Shown here: piece by piece, positions 1 through 11,789 of the stretch | How the letters are laid out: every line of letters begins with the position of its first letter | Position numbering within the stretch: position 1 is the stretch's first letter | DNA from: Octopus vulgaris | Taxonomy: Eukaryota | DNA length: 64,000 bases | Assembly: GCA_951406725.2 (NCBI GenBank) | Contig: OX597827.1 | Coordinates: 63,488,001-63,552,000 of the forward strand | Direction: 5' to 3' | The notes under the pieces: model-generated | The model's input: only the letters and a program-made list of their open reading frames with translations | The model's database searches: none | Told to the model about the DNA's origin: nothing | Translations under genes and position numbers: made by a program

Positions 1-85
1 TTTCTTTGTACTGTCAAAAGGTCGAGACCCCTCTCTGTCTCTCGCGTATGTGTGTAAACATTACAACAAACATTTAAATATATAT

Positions 86-298
86 ATACTCTTTTACTCT
101 TTTACTTGTTTCAGTCATTTGACTGCGGCCATGCTGGAGCACCGCCTTTAGTCGAGCAAATCGACCCCGGGACTTATTCTTTGTAAGCCCAGTAATTATT
201 CTATCGGGCGTCTCTTTTGCCGAACCGCTAAGTGACGGGGACGTAAACACACCAGCATCGGTTGTCAAGCAATGCTATGGGGACAAACACACACACAT

Positions 299-356
<58 letters not shown>

Positions 357-513
357 ACGACAGGCTTCTATCAGTGTCAGTCTACCAAAGCCTCTCACAA
401 GGCAGTGGTCGGCCCGGGGCTATAGCAGAAGACACTTGCCCAAGATGCCACGCAGTGGGACTGAACCCGGAACCATGTGGTTGGTTAGCAAGCTACTTAC
501 CACACAGCCACTC
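86..513 (-). mobile_element. tRNA-derived SINE, family A (full length)
   Basis: Minus strand reads A-box-like TGGCTGTGTGG, B-box-like GGTTCAGTCCC, CORE-like CTTGGGCAAGT, internal CA/TA microsatellite and an (AAAAGAGT)n tail; many near-identical copies in window. Confidence 0.9.
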
Positions 514-590
514 ATATATATATACAAGAAATAATTTTTGTCTCTTTTTATGAAACAAAAGGATTTATAGGACTTCGAAAAAGAAGTGCT

Positions 591-955
591 GAGTGGCTGT
601 GTGGTAAGTAGCTTGCTTACGAACCACATGGTTCTGGGTTCAGTCCCACTGCATGGCACCTTGGGCAAGTGTCTCCTGCTATAACCTCGGGCCGACCAAA
701 GCCTTGTGAGTGGATTTGGTAGATGGAAACTGAAAGAAGTCCGTCATATATATGTATATATATGTGTTGTGTTTGTCCCTCCCCACCATCGCTTGACAAC
801 CGATGCTGGTGTGTTTACGTCCCCGTAACTTAGCGGTTCGGCAAAAGAGACCGATAGAATAAGTACTAGGCTTACAAAGAATAAGTCCTGGGATCGATTT
901 GCTCGACTAAAGGCGGTGCTCCAGCATGGCCACAGTCAAATGACTGAAACAAATA
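591..955 (+). mobile_element. SINE family A (full length)
   Basis: GAGTGGCTGTGTGGTAAG head to GACTGAAACAA tail; inverted relative to 86-513. Confidence 0.9.
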
Positions 956-1057
956 AATGAGAGATAAAGAAACATTGATCATAGAGCAAACATCAAATTC
1001 GAGTCAACGACTTTATATATTACACCATACCTGTAAACATTCGATTATATATAAATA

Positions 1058-1424
1058 CTAGCACTATAACCTGGCAACGACGAGTCATAATGCTAGTGCA
1101 TGCATATACAGATGCGTGCGTGCGCACATACACGCGAGTACTGTCCAAATCTCCGACCAATCACATACAGCTAGCTGGCATTCAATTGGCGTATCAAGTT
1201 TTGGGCATTTTGATTGGATTTTGGATAGAAAATTCACAAAAAGTAGTCACTTCTATTGATTTTTTTAATGGCTTTGCGGGGTGACTGGGGAAATGTAAAG
1301 ATGTGTACGACCACCCTTGGACGGTTTTGAATGACCATAGAAAGTGCGAGCCCTCTAACTGAAAAATTGTGGATTTGTATAAAGGACACACACGCAGACA
1401 TTTTGCCATTTATATATAGAGAGA
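1058..1424 (-). mobile_element. Non-autonomous Helitron-like element
   Basis: Minus strand starts TCTCTCTATATATAAA, ends with degenerate subterminal hairpin plus CTAG; sits between A and T, no TSD. Confidence 0.7.
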
Positions 1425-1451
1425 TTATCATGGTTCTTAAACATATAAAGT

Positions 1452-1681
1452 ATACTCTCTTTCCTCTTTTACTTGTTTCAGTCATTTGATTGTGGCCATG
1501 CTGGAGCACCGCCTTTATTCGAGCAAATCGACCCCACGACTTATTCTTTATAAGCCTAGTACTTATTCTATCGGTGTCTTTTGCCGAACCGCTAAGTTAC
1601 GGGGACGTAAACACAACAGCATCGGTTGTCAAGCGATGTTGAGGGGACAAACACAGACAAACATATACACACACATACAAT

Positions 1682-1714
<33 letters not shown>

Positions 1715-2093
1715 GTCATCATCATCATAATTTTCATCATCATTTAGCGTCCGCTTTCCATGCTAGCATGGGTTGGACGGTTCAACTGGGGTCTGGGAAG
1801 CCAGAAGGCTGCACCAAGACCAGTCTGATCTGGCAATGTTTCTACGGCTGGATGCCCTTCCTAACACCAACCACTCCGTGAGTGTAGTGGGTGCTTTTTA
1901 CGTGCCACCGGCACAGGTGCCAGACGGGGCTAGCAAATGACCACGGTCGGATGGTGCACGGGGGCCAGGCGAGGCTAACAACAGCCACAATCGGATGGTG
2001 CTTTTAACATGACACCAACGATGGGCTTCTTTCAGTTTCCGTCTTCCAAATCCACTCACAAGGCTTTGGTTGGCACGAGGCTATAGGAGAAGA
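1452..2093 (-). mobile_element. SINE family A, head missing, split by an RTE 3' fragment
   Basis: A tail module 1452-1680 and A middle module about 2018-2093 flank the insertion at the internal microsatellite. Confidence 0.8.
1683..2015 (-). mobile_element. RTE-clade LINE 3' UTR fragment (family B) with (GAT)n tail
   Basis: GGACGCTAAA(TGA)n end and GGAAGGGCATCCAGC motif; linked to an RTE ORF end via 34530-34840 and 43925-44412. Confidence 0.8.
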
Positions 2094-2135
2094 CAAAAAG
2101 CTGTCTTTTCATTGAAATCTTGAGTCTGCAATATA

Positions 2136-2527
2136 CTTTTGTTGGCACTCCGTCAGTTGCAACGACGAGGGTTCCAGTTGATCCGATCAACGGAACAGCC
2201 TGCTTGTGAAATGAACGTGCAAGTGGCTGAGCTCTCCGCAGACATGTGTACCCTTAACGTAGTTCTCGGGGAGATTCAGCGTGACACAGAGTGTGACAAG
2301 GCTGGCCCCTTCGAAATACAGTTACAACGGAAACAGGAAGAAACAGAGAGAGAAAGTTGTGGCGAAAGAGTACAGCAGGGTTCACCTCCTCTTCCCTGCT
2401 GGAGCCTCGTGAAGCTTTAGGTGTTTTCGCTCAATAAACACTCACAATGCCCGGTCTGGGAATCGAAATCGCGATCCTAAGGCTCTGAGTCCACTACCCT
2501 AACCACCGGGCCATTACGCCTCCACAA
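2136..2527 (-). mobile_element. tRNA-derived SINE, family C (full length)
   Basis: Head GGAGGCGTAATGGCCCGGTGGTTAG...TTTCGATTCCC; TSD TCTGCAATATA at 2125-2135 and 2528-2538. Confidence 0.9.
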
Positions 2528-2562
2528 TCTGCAATATAACCATGGATAATTCAAAATAATAA

Positions 2563-2890
2563 TCATCATCATCATCGTTTAACGTCCGTTTTCCATGTGG
2601 GCATGGGTTGGACGGTTCGACCGGGGTTTGGGAAGCCAGGAGGCTGCGCCAGGCTCCAGTCTGATCTGGCAGTGTTTCTACGGCTGGATGCCCTTCCTAA
2701 TGCCAACCACTCCGTGAGTGTAGTGGGTGCTTTTTACGTGCCGCCGGCACAGGGGCCAGAGGAGGCTGGCAAACGGCCACGATCGGTTGATGCTTTTTTA
2801 CGTGTCACCGGCACGGAAGCCAGTCAAGGTGGCACTTGTATCAGCCACATTCGGATGGTGCTTTTTACATGCCACTGGCACAGGTATCAT
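2563..2890 (-). mobile_element. RTE 3' UTR fragment (family B)
   Basis: Same tail and internal ~60-bp repeats as other B copies. Confidence 0.8.
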
Positions 2891-3129
2891 AACTACAATT
2901 TCCATTCGATTTTTATTTTGATGCTGGTGTTGACGTACTTGACTACATTTGACGGAGTGACCCGAATGCTAAAAGGGTTAAAGGTTATGCCCACTTTCAC
3001 ATTATTCTCTGCACAAACACTCATATTATAAACATTAATTAAAGTACTAGGCTAGTTTTGGTGTTGGTGGTATTGATTACCTTCTCCTCTCAAAATTGCT
3101 GGTATGCAACTAAATCAGAAATTATAATA

Positions 3130-3190
3130 TCATCATCATCATCATCATCATCATCGTCATCATCATCATTGTCGTCATCATCATCATTGC

Positions 3191-3223
<33 letters not shown>

Positions 3224-3316
3224 TATCATCATCATTGTCATCATCATCACCATCATTGTCATCATTATCATCATCATCATCATCGTCGTCGTCGTCATCA
3301 TCATCATCATCATTGC

Positions 3317-3349
<33 letters not shown>

Positions 3350-3580
3350 TGTCATCATCATCATCATCATCATCATCATTGTCATCATCACCATCATCAT
3401 CATAATCATCTTTTAATGTCTATATTCCATGCTCTCATGGACTGGAGGACTTGACAGGAACTGGCAAAGACAGGTGCTGCACCAGGTTGCATGGTCTTTT
3501 TCTTTTTCTTTTTGTTTTTTTTTTTGTTTTGGCTTGGTTTCTGCAACTGGATACCCTTTCTAATAGTGGATACCCTTCCT
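3130..3580 (-). repeat. Long imperfect (CAT)n array joined to an old RTE 3' end
   Basis: Triplet array 3130-3402 runs directly into a diverged family B terminus. Confidence 0.8.
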
Positions 3581-3699
3581 AAATAGTGACCAAAGGGGTC
3601 CATAGGTAAAAAGAAGTTGAGAAACACTGTTCTAGAGGCACAGATACTTTTAATAACTAGAGAATTTCTGTTGCATGCTATTTGATAAACCTGCATTTG

Positions 3700-4004
3700 T
3701 GTGTGTGTGTATATGTATGTGTGTACATACATACATACATATATATTTTATATATATATATATATTATATTTTATATATATATTATATATATATTAAATA
3801 TATATATTATATACATATATATTATATATATTATATATATTATATATAGCTACATATAAATATATATACATATTATATATATATATTAAATATATATATT
3901 ATATACATATATATATTATATATATTTACATATAAATATATATATATATATTATATTATATATACATTATATTATATATATATTATATTATATTATATTA
4001 TATC

Positions 4005-4035
<31 letters not shown>

Positions 4036-4240
4036 CATCGTCATCATCATCATCATCATCATCATCATTGTCATCATCATCAACATCATCATTGTCATTA
4101 TCGTTGTTGTCATCATCATCATTGTCATCATCATCATCATCATCATCATTGTCATCATCATCACCATCATTGTCATCATTGTCTTCATCAAGATCATCAT
4201 CATCATCATCATCATATATATATATATATATATATATTCA
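3700..4240. repeat. (TA)-rich and (CAT)n microsatellites
   Basis: Directly visible. Confidence 0.95.
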
Positions 4241-4679
4241 TGTTGTATCCTTTTGCTTTATGATCACAAATTGAAAGTGAAAAATGAAGGTAAGCAACCA
4301 GCATTTGATGTTTTGAAATTTTGAAAAAAGATTTTTAAAAATTACAAAAAAAAAAATCCTGGTTTCAGCTTACAGTATCACAATGTCCCTTTATTTAAGC
4401 GTGAAGTCCTACATTGCTTCCTAGAAATAATTGAAAACATTCTAAGTTTTTTATTTTTTATTTTTTTTATTTATTTATTTTTTTTGTGGTAGGGTGCAAA
4501 ATTATAACTCCTGTTGTTGGAAATAGGAATCTGAAGAAATTTTTGAAAAGGTTGGTTGGGGGGGGGGAGAGAGAAAGAAAGAAAAGGAGTTGGGTGCTTG
4601 AACAGTGCACAGTATGGTATTAATATTAATACTATTCGGCAATATCTCCACTTACTGTTTGTGATCACAGACCTGTGCA

Positions 4680-4687
4680 TATGTATG

Positions 4688-4742
<55 letters not shown>

Positions 4743-4755
4743 GCATGTGTGTGTG

Positions 4756-4788
<33 letters not shown>

Positions 4789-4823
4789 ATCTATCTATCT
4801 ATATATAAATATATTTATGTATA

Positions 4824-4875
<52 letters not shown>

Positions 4876-4982
4876 AAATAGGGAGAGGGGGAGATATATA
4901 AACATATGTACATACATATATGCATACATACATACATACATACATACATACATGCTCACGTACACACACACACACACACATG

Positions 4983-5020
<38 letters not shown>
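4680..5020. repeat. Compound TA/TG/CA/TACA microsatellite
   Basis: Directly visible. Confidence 0.95.
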
Positions 5021-5021
<1 letters not shown>

Positions 5022-5397
5022 ATTCATCAAAATTTCAGAACTTCAATGCTGGTGTCTTTCCATTATTTCTCATTTTCAATTTTCGATCATAGAGTGAAAG
5101 AATATCACACACACACACACATACTCGCATGCACACACACACACACACGTGAATTTTGATAAGAAACATGTGTATAATAGTAATTTAAATAAATCCTTTT
5201 AAATGTCATACGTATGTAATGTGTATAGGTATGAATGCACCAATGTATATCTGTGTGCATTTTGTGTCCATGTATATATGTGTGTGCGCACGTGTGTGTG
5301 TGTATTCAAATATGAATTAGAAAAAGCTTGAGGGAATATAGGCTGGGCTTATAGGCGTAAGAGAATATATTCTCATCAGTTTGCCTGGTGTTAAAAC

Positions 5398-6108
5398 CAG
5401 GGCTGTGGAGTCAGAGTCATAAACAGTTAAGGGGTAGCTGGAGTCGGAGTTGGTAAAACTATACCGACTCCAAATCTGACTCACAATGTCTTTATTCTTA
5501 AACATAAACCAGTTATAACATATAGACCTATTCAAAGTACAAGTGTATGCACATGCTTTATGGAGATATGTAAGACCACAGTCACTTAATTACATAAAGA
5601 GGAGTCGGAGTCAGAGGTGCCAATAGTAGAGGAGTCGGAGCTGGAGTCAGAGATGCCAATAGTAGAGGAGTCGGAGTTGGAGGTGCCAATAGTAGAGGAG
5701 TCGGAGTCGGAATCGGAGATGCCAATAGTAGAGGAGTCGGAGTTGGAGTCAGAGATGCCAATAGTAGAGGAGTCGGAGTTGGAGTCGGAGATGCCAATAG
5801 TAGAGGAGTCGGAGTTGGAGGTGCCAATAGTAGAGGCGTCGAAGTCGGAGGTGCCAATAGTAGAGGAGTTGGAGTCGGAGATGCCAATAGTAGAGGAGTT
5901 GGAGTTGGAGGTGCCAATAGTAGAGGAGTTAGTCGGAGATGCCAATAGTAGAGGAGTCGGAGTTGGAGATGCCAATAGTAGAGGAGTCAGAGTCGGAAGT
6001 GCCAATAGTATAGGAGTCGGAGGTGCCAATAGTAGAGGAGTCGAAATCAGAGGTGCCAATAGTAGAGGAGTCAGAGTCAAAGTTTTTTGTTTCGACTCCA
6101 CAGCCCTG
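5398..6108 (+). mobile_element. Non-autonomous hAT-type element with internal minisatellite
   Basis: TIRs CAGGGCTGTGGAGTC / GACTCCACAGCCCTG; imperfect 8-bp TSD GTTAAAAC/TTTAAAAT; tandem TGCCAATAGTAGAGGAGTCGGAG units 5600-6078. Confidence 0.85.
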
Positions 6109-6171
6109 TTTAAAATACCTAGAAGTCTTAGACAAGTGAAATAGCTTACATCCAGTTCCATTCAGAAGTGA

Positions 6172-6210
6172 TAGACATCAATGTTTCATCCTTATTATGA
6201 CTCATCAATA
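6172..6210 (-). ncRNA. Degenerate type I hammerhead ribozyme motif
   Basis: Minus strand TTGATGA-GTC-ataataag-GAT-GAAAC-ATtgAT-GTC; C3 mutated, stem I only 2 bp. Confidence 0.4.
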
Positions 6211-6334
6211 ATGTGTACCCAAAACAAGGCCTGATGTCTATAACCATGTGCAAAATAATTTACGAACCAATCTGCTGGTATGTCCCCAACGCTTCATACC
6301 ACAGAAAAAATTCTAATAAGAATTAGAAGCTGCT

Positions 6335-6670
6335 CGTGGCTGTGTGGTAAGAAGTTTGCTTCCCAGCCACATGGTTCTAGGTTCAGTCCCACTGTGTGGC
6401 ACCTTCACTGAGTATCTTCTACTATAGCCTCAGGCCAACCAAAGCTTTGTGAATAGATTTGGTTGACAGAAACTGAAAGCCCATCGTTTGTGTGTGTGTG
6501 TGTGTGTGTATTTGTGTGTGTGTTTCTGAGTTTTTTTTTCCTTCGCCACCGCTTGACAACTGATACTGGTGTGTTTATCTCTCTGTAACTTAGCCATTCG
6601 GCAAAAGAGACTGATAAAATATGTACTAGGCATACAAAGAATAAATCCTGGGGTCAATTTCTTCAACAAA
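6335..6670 (+). mobile_element. SINE family A, older copy
   Basis: Head, microsatellite and partial tail match family A. Confidence 0.85.
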
Positions 6671-6717
6671 AACCAGATCTAGCTATGATATAAAGCTCCT
6701 TCTCATTGGTTCATACG

Positions 6718-6843
6718 CACATGGTTCCAGGTTCAGTCCCACTGCATGGCACCTTGGGCAAGTGTCCTCTGCTATAGCATCGGGCTGACCAAAGCCTTGA
6801 GTGGATTTGGTAGACAGAAACTGAAAGAAGCCCGTCGTATATA

Positions 6844-6901
<58 letters not shown>

Positions 6902-7118
6902 TGTGTGTGTGTATGTTTGTGTATCTGTGTTTGTCCCCCACCATCGCTCGACAATTGATGCTGGTGTGTTTAAGTCCTCATAACTTAGCAGTTCAGCAAA
7001 AGAGACCAATAGAATAAGTACTAGGTTTACAAAGAATAAGTCCTGGGGGTCGATTTGCTCGACTAAAGGCGGTGCTCCAGTATGGCCATAGTCAAGTGAC
7101 TGAAACAAGTAAAAGAGA
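6718..7118 (+). mobile_element. SINE family A, 5'-truncated
   Basis: From CACATGGTTCC to AAGTAAAAGAG with long (TG)n. Confidence 0.9.
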
Positions 7119-7549
7119 CATGCAGCATTCATAAGACACTAAAGCACAACTTGCAGTTGATGTGTGTATGTACGTGCCATCGACGGTCACTAAACAGGTT
7201 AGACATAACAGCTAAGCCTTCTTACATTATTGATCACAAATAATGACATAGACTTACATACATTATCGTCTCAATAAAACATACCTTAGTCACAGTTGGA
7301 ACAGTTTTAATTACAGATCTGTCTGATCATGGCCAGCCTGAAGTTAATGAACAACGACAGCAATAATGTCAACCTTAAGTACTCGGAGTATTTTCTCTGA
7401 AACTCTAATAACAATAACCAATATGACAACAGCAGCAGCTGCTGCTAATAAGGATGACGATGATGATAATAATAAGAAGTAGAATGCCCTGATATTGTTA
7501 TCATTATTATTATAATTATTATAATTATTATTATAATAAACATAATTTT

Positions 7550-7742
7550 GGGGGTTTTTGTGGACATTCACTAGTACAACACCAAAAAAAAAACCCCAAA
7601 TATATGGCACACTAGGCATAACAACAACATGAACTTCCAACCTGTTGTCTCTTGAGGTCTCTGGGTGAGACTTGGAGCCAACTTGTACAAATATAAAGCA
7701 AAAGTCAAACATAGAATAATAATAATAATGATGATAATAATA
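7550..7742 (+). mobile_element. Probable R4/Dong-like LINE 3' end in (TAA)n
   Basis: Unique segment ending GAGGTCTCTGGGTGAGACTTGG...A-rich...(TAA)n; resembles Dong 3' UTRs as recalled. Confidence 0.45.
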
Positions 7743-8292
7743 AATGCCCTGATGCAGTACCTGGCAGTGGCTCTCATGGCTTCTGATCTTAACTGATTGG
7801 AAGTGTTACCATGTACATTGTTTTGTCTTGGTATAAAAGAAGGGCTACAGCAAATATTCTGCGCAATACCACAGATTTGCTTGTCAGTTGTTTGAGCTGA
7901 GCATATCCCTTAGTGGCTGATGATATGTGCATCTCTGATTACGAGCAGAAGTAGTGGGGAAGCATCATAGCCATGTGCTGAAAGGAATTCTTAGAGGTTT
8001 GGATAATTCACCTTTGGAAATATGGGTGTTTCATTCAACATCCTTAAGCAACCCTTATTCAGGGACCTTTTGAGCGGGATGGGCTACTCGACCAGAAAAA
8101 AATTCTAACTGGTCCCCACCTGCAAAGTCATGTACTGTTTATTTTGATATGAGATCACCATGTCGCACACATGTGGTTGTGATGCATGTGCCTGGTGTAC
8201 CCTTATCAGTCGGGTAGTCATGATGGGTAAACTGGGCTTGATATATTTGTACCCCAGTGTCACTTTGATGGCATGCACTGCTCTCTCACTCA
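7743..8292 (+). mobile_element. Unclassified ~550-bp interspersed element (family E) flanked by (AAT)n
   Basis: Second copy with the same two termini at 35995-36535 on the opposite strand. Confidence 0.8.
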
Positions 8293-8317
8293 ATAATAAT
8301 AATGATAATAATAATAA

Positions 8318-8514
8318 TCCTTTCTACTATAGGCACAAGGTCTGAAATTTTTGGCCAGAGGGGACTAGTTGATTACATTGACCCCAGTACTCAACTGGTA
8401 CTTAATTTATCGACCCCAAAAGGCTGAAAGGCAGAGTCAACCTCAGTGGAATTTGAACTCAGAATGTAGCTGCACTAAGCATTTCATCTGGCATGCTAAC
8501 TATTCTGCCAACTC
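8318..8514 (-). mobile_element. tRNA-derived SINE, family D
   Basis: TTGGCAGAATAGTTAG...GAGTTCAAATTCC head, GGGGTCGATAAATTAAGTACCAG body, (ATT)n tail. Confidence 0.85.
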
Positions 8515-8539
8515 GATTATATATATATATAATCTTATA

Positions 8540-8845
8540 TTATTCTTTGTAAGCTTTGTACTTATTCTATTGGTCCTTTTTGCCGAACCGCTAATTTACG
8601 GGGACGTAAACACACCAGCATCGATTGTCAAGCGATGTTGAGGGGACAAACACATACACACACACATATATATACATATATACGACGGGCTTCTTTCAGT
8701 TTCCGTCTACCAAATCCACTCACAAGGCTTTGGTTGGCCCAAGGCTATAGTAGAAGACACTTGCCCAAGGTGCTATGCATTGGGACTGAACCCGGAACCA
8801 TGTGGCTGGTAAGCAAGCTATTTACCACACAGCCACTCCTACACC
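8540..8845 (-). mobile_element. SINE family A, 3'-truncated
   Basis: Head at right end, body matches family A. Confidence 0.85.
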
Positions 8846-9313
8846 TATAAAATTCTTTGAGAGAGTGTCCCAGTATGGCCACAGTCTAATGACTGAAACA
8901 AGTGAAAGAAAGATGAAAGACTCAGAAAGAAAAATAAATTAAATAAATAATAAAATAAAATAAAATAAAGCAAACAGTAACGATAATTATTAATTCTTGC
9001 AAGAGAACCACAGCTACTACAACGGGGCAGCCAGCGCCATGATTTGCCAGGTAACGAGACACTCGTTGATTAATAATTCAACATTCCCCTTGATTACATC
9101 AGTAACCTTTACCTGCCTTCTTATATATATATACATGGTGTCTATTTTAGACTAGATCCACACACGATGGTCGAAATAATATCAGTAACAACGGCAACAG
9201 CAACAACAACATCATACAGGAAAAGAGAAACAAATTGCGGGAACATAATGAAGCTTGGCATCACGTCTGGTTCCAAGCAAGTTTCTCTCACCATCATCCC
9301 TACCATCTTCTCT

Positions 9314-9966
9314 GGGAAGCACTCCGTCGGTTACGACGACGAGGATTCCGATTGATCCGAATCAACGGAACAGCCTGCTCGTGAAATTAACGTGTAAGTG
9401 GCTGAGCACTCCACAGACACGTGTACCCGTGTATCGGCAAAAGGGACCGATAGAATAAGTACTAGGCTTACAAAGAATAATATAAGATTATATATACATA
9501 ATCGAGTTGGCAGAATAGTTAGCATGCCAGACGAAATGCTTAGTGCTGCTACATTCTGAGTTCAAATTCCACTGAGGTTGACTCTGCCTTTCAGCCTTTT
9601 GGGGTCGATAAATTAAGTACCAGTTGAGTACTGGGGCCAATGTAATCAACTAGTGCCCTCTGGCCAAAAATTTCAGACCTTGTGCCTATAGTAGTTCTCG
9701 GGGATATTCAGCGTGACACAGAGAGTGACAAGGCCGGCCCCTTGAAATACAGGTACAACAGAAACAGGAAGTAAGAGTGAGAGTGAGAGAAAGTTGTGGT
9801 GAAAGAGTACAGCAGGGATCACCACCATCCCCTGCCGGACGGAGCCTCGTGGAGCTTTAGGTGTTTTCGCTCAATAAACACTCACAACGCCCAGTCTGGG
9901 AATCGAAACTGCGATCCTACGACCGCGAGTCCACTGCCCTAACCACTGGGCCGTTGCGCCTCCGCC
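9314..9966 (-). mobile_element. SINE family C carrying a templated inverted insertion
   Basis: TSD ACCATCTTCTCT at 9302-9313 and 9967-9978; foreign segment 9434-9694. Confidence 0.85.
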
Positions 9967-10029
9967 ACCATCTTCTCTACATTGATAGTGAAAAGCTCTT
10001 TTGTCCACGCTGTGTTCTCTGTTATTATT

Positions 10030-10235
10030 CTTTTATTGTTTTATTCATTTCAGTCGTTTGACTGCGACCATGCTGGAGCAACGCCTTGAAACGGTTTTAG
10101 TCAAATAAATTGAGCCCGGGTCTTATTTTTTAAGCCTACTTCTTATTCTTATCCATCTTTTTCGCTGGACCGCTAAGTTACGGGAACATAAACACATCAA
10201 CACTGATTGTCAAGCGGTGTGTTTACGTCCCCGTA
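10030..10235 (-). mobile_element. SINE family A-related 3' half, diverged
   Basis: TTTCAGTCGTTTGACTGCGACCATGCTGGAGCA tail module. Confidence 0.75.
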
Positions 10236-10612
10236 AAAACAAGCAAACAGGGAAACGAGACATGCAACATAAAGAATATTCCCCTTCATCAGTTGTCCCT
10301 GTTTCGTCTACTCTGCATTTTGAAGGTAAGGACAATACACGACTTCATTGAAACAGTCCTTCCAGCAAAGCAAATTAAATAAAATTTGGGATTTTTTGCA
10401 GAGGGTGAAAGTGGTAACAAAAACAAGGAAGTGAGAACAAAACAGTAAAAACAAATGGTGAGGGTTGTTAAGCCAAGACGATGTGAAAAATTATGAATGC
10501 TGGAAAGACGAGCTAAGAGAAGAGACAGGTAAAAGCACGTCTTGTCTTTACGAAGGAAATGAAAGAAGGAAAATAAATCGCTTTTTGTATATATATATAT
10601 ATATATATATAT

Positions 10613-10757
10613 AGGGAGAAGTCACAAAAAAACAAAAGACGAAGACAGGTTATGTAGAAAACAAACAGATGTATTAGTATAATGCTCAGGAAGTGAAAAA
10701 GCCTTTAACATTTCGAGCCTATGCTCTTCCACAGAAAGAAACACAGAGAGAAACAAG

Positions 10758-10765
<8 letters not shown>
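10613..10765 (-). mobile_element. PLE-terminus-like repeat (family J) with hammerhead-like motif
   Basis: Homologous to 18150-18345 and 41997-42175; CTGTGGA-A-GAGC-ATAG-GCTC-GAAAT. Confidence 0.65.
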
Positions 10766-10789
<24 letters not shown>

Positions 10790-11099
10790 GAGATCATTTC
10801 TATCTTCCATGAAAACATGCCTGACCATGTGGAAATTATTTCCTTGCTTGAAAATAGGTAAAGGTTTGCAACAGAAAGGGCATCTGGTTGTAGAAAATCT
10901 GCCTTGTTAAATTCAGTCTGTCTCATAGAAATGATGATGATGATGATGAGGATAATGATACACATCTCGGCTATGGTGAACATGTGTAGTGAGGGTAGGA
11001 TTGATTCCCTGCCCCATCTGAGACCCATCACAACAAAGCTCCTTGTAAAATGATGACAGATTGATAACAACATGCCTTGGTAATATGATATAGCTTTTA

Positions 11100-11562
11100 A
11101 TGGTGATGGTGGTGATGGTCATGGTGGTAGTCGTAGGGATAACAGATCTTATGATAAGTGGTGGTGGTGGTAGTTGTGATGGTCATGGTGATGGTTGCGG
11201 GGATTGCAGTAGCAATGGATGTGATAACTGCACTGATAATGATAAGGTTGTCGGTAGCGGTGATCCGGGTGATGGTGGCAGTAGTTTTGGTGGTTATGGT
11301 CTTGGTGGTGGTGGTGGTGATTGCTGTGGTAGCAGTTGTATTTATGTTGGTGGTGGTGTTGGTGGTGGTGATAGCTGTGGTAGCAGTTGTGTTTATGTTG
11401 TTGTTGGTGGTGGTGGTGATAGCTGTGGTAGTAGTTGTATTTATGTTGGTGGTGGTGGTGATAGCTGTGGTAGTAGTTGTGTTTATGTTGTTGTTGTTGG
11501 TAGTGGTGATAGCTGTGGTAGTAGTTGTGTTTATGTTGTTGTTGTTGTTGGTGGTGGTGGTG
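11100..11562. repeat. GT-rich minisatellite (about 33-42 bp unit)
   Basis: Repeated GGTGGTGATAGCTGTGGTAGTAGTTGTGTTTATGTTG. Confidence 0.9.
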
Positions 11563-11789
11563 ACATTATGAAACATAGAGTGAATGGTTTCCTAGTTGTT
11601 CCCCTAACATTCATCCCTTCCCTCACCCCCACCTCACCCTGCCCTTATTTGCTCCATGCAGTGTGGGGCGGGGCAATTTCCCTACTCCACCTCATTGCAC
11701 TATTATGTTATTCTATCCCACTTCAGCCAGCTTCACCCTACTTCAAAGCACCTAATCTCTCCTAATCCTAAGCTAATGGGAGAGCTTTT

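Noticed and set aside
262-553. Recurring peptides such as SARGYSRRHLPKMPRSGTEPGTMWL
   Set aside because: Antisense translation of SINE A, repeated wherever the SINE occurs
5355-5385. CTGATGAG on minus strand as a hammerhead
   Set aside because: No GAAA box after the stem
5582-6161. Repetitive ORFs (PIVEESE, PTPLLLA) and a CRISPR-like look
   Set aside because: Head-to-tail minisatellite inside a MITE; no unique spacers, no cas genes, eukaryotic context
9004-9384. Two plus-strand exon candidates around a 100-nt GT-AG interval
   Set aside because: Region is stop-poor in all frames, the frame runs into a SINE and the peptide is unrecognisable
10235-10330. CTGATGAAG and GAAAC boxes on minus strand
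   Set aside because: Could not build consistent stems; probably a PLE-type remnant but unsupported
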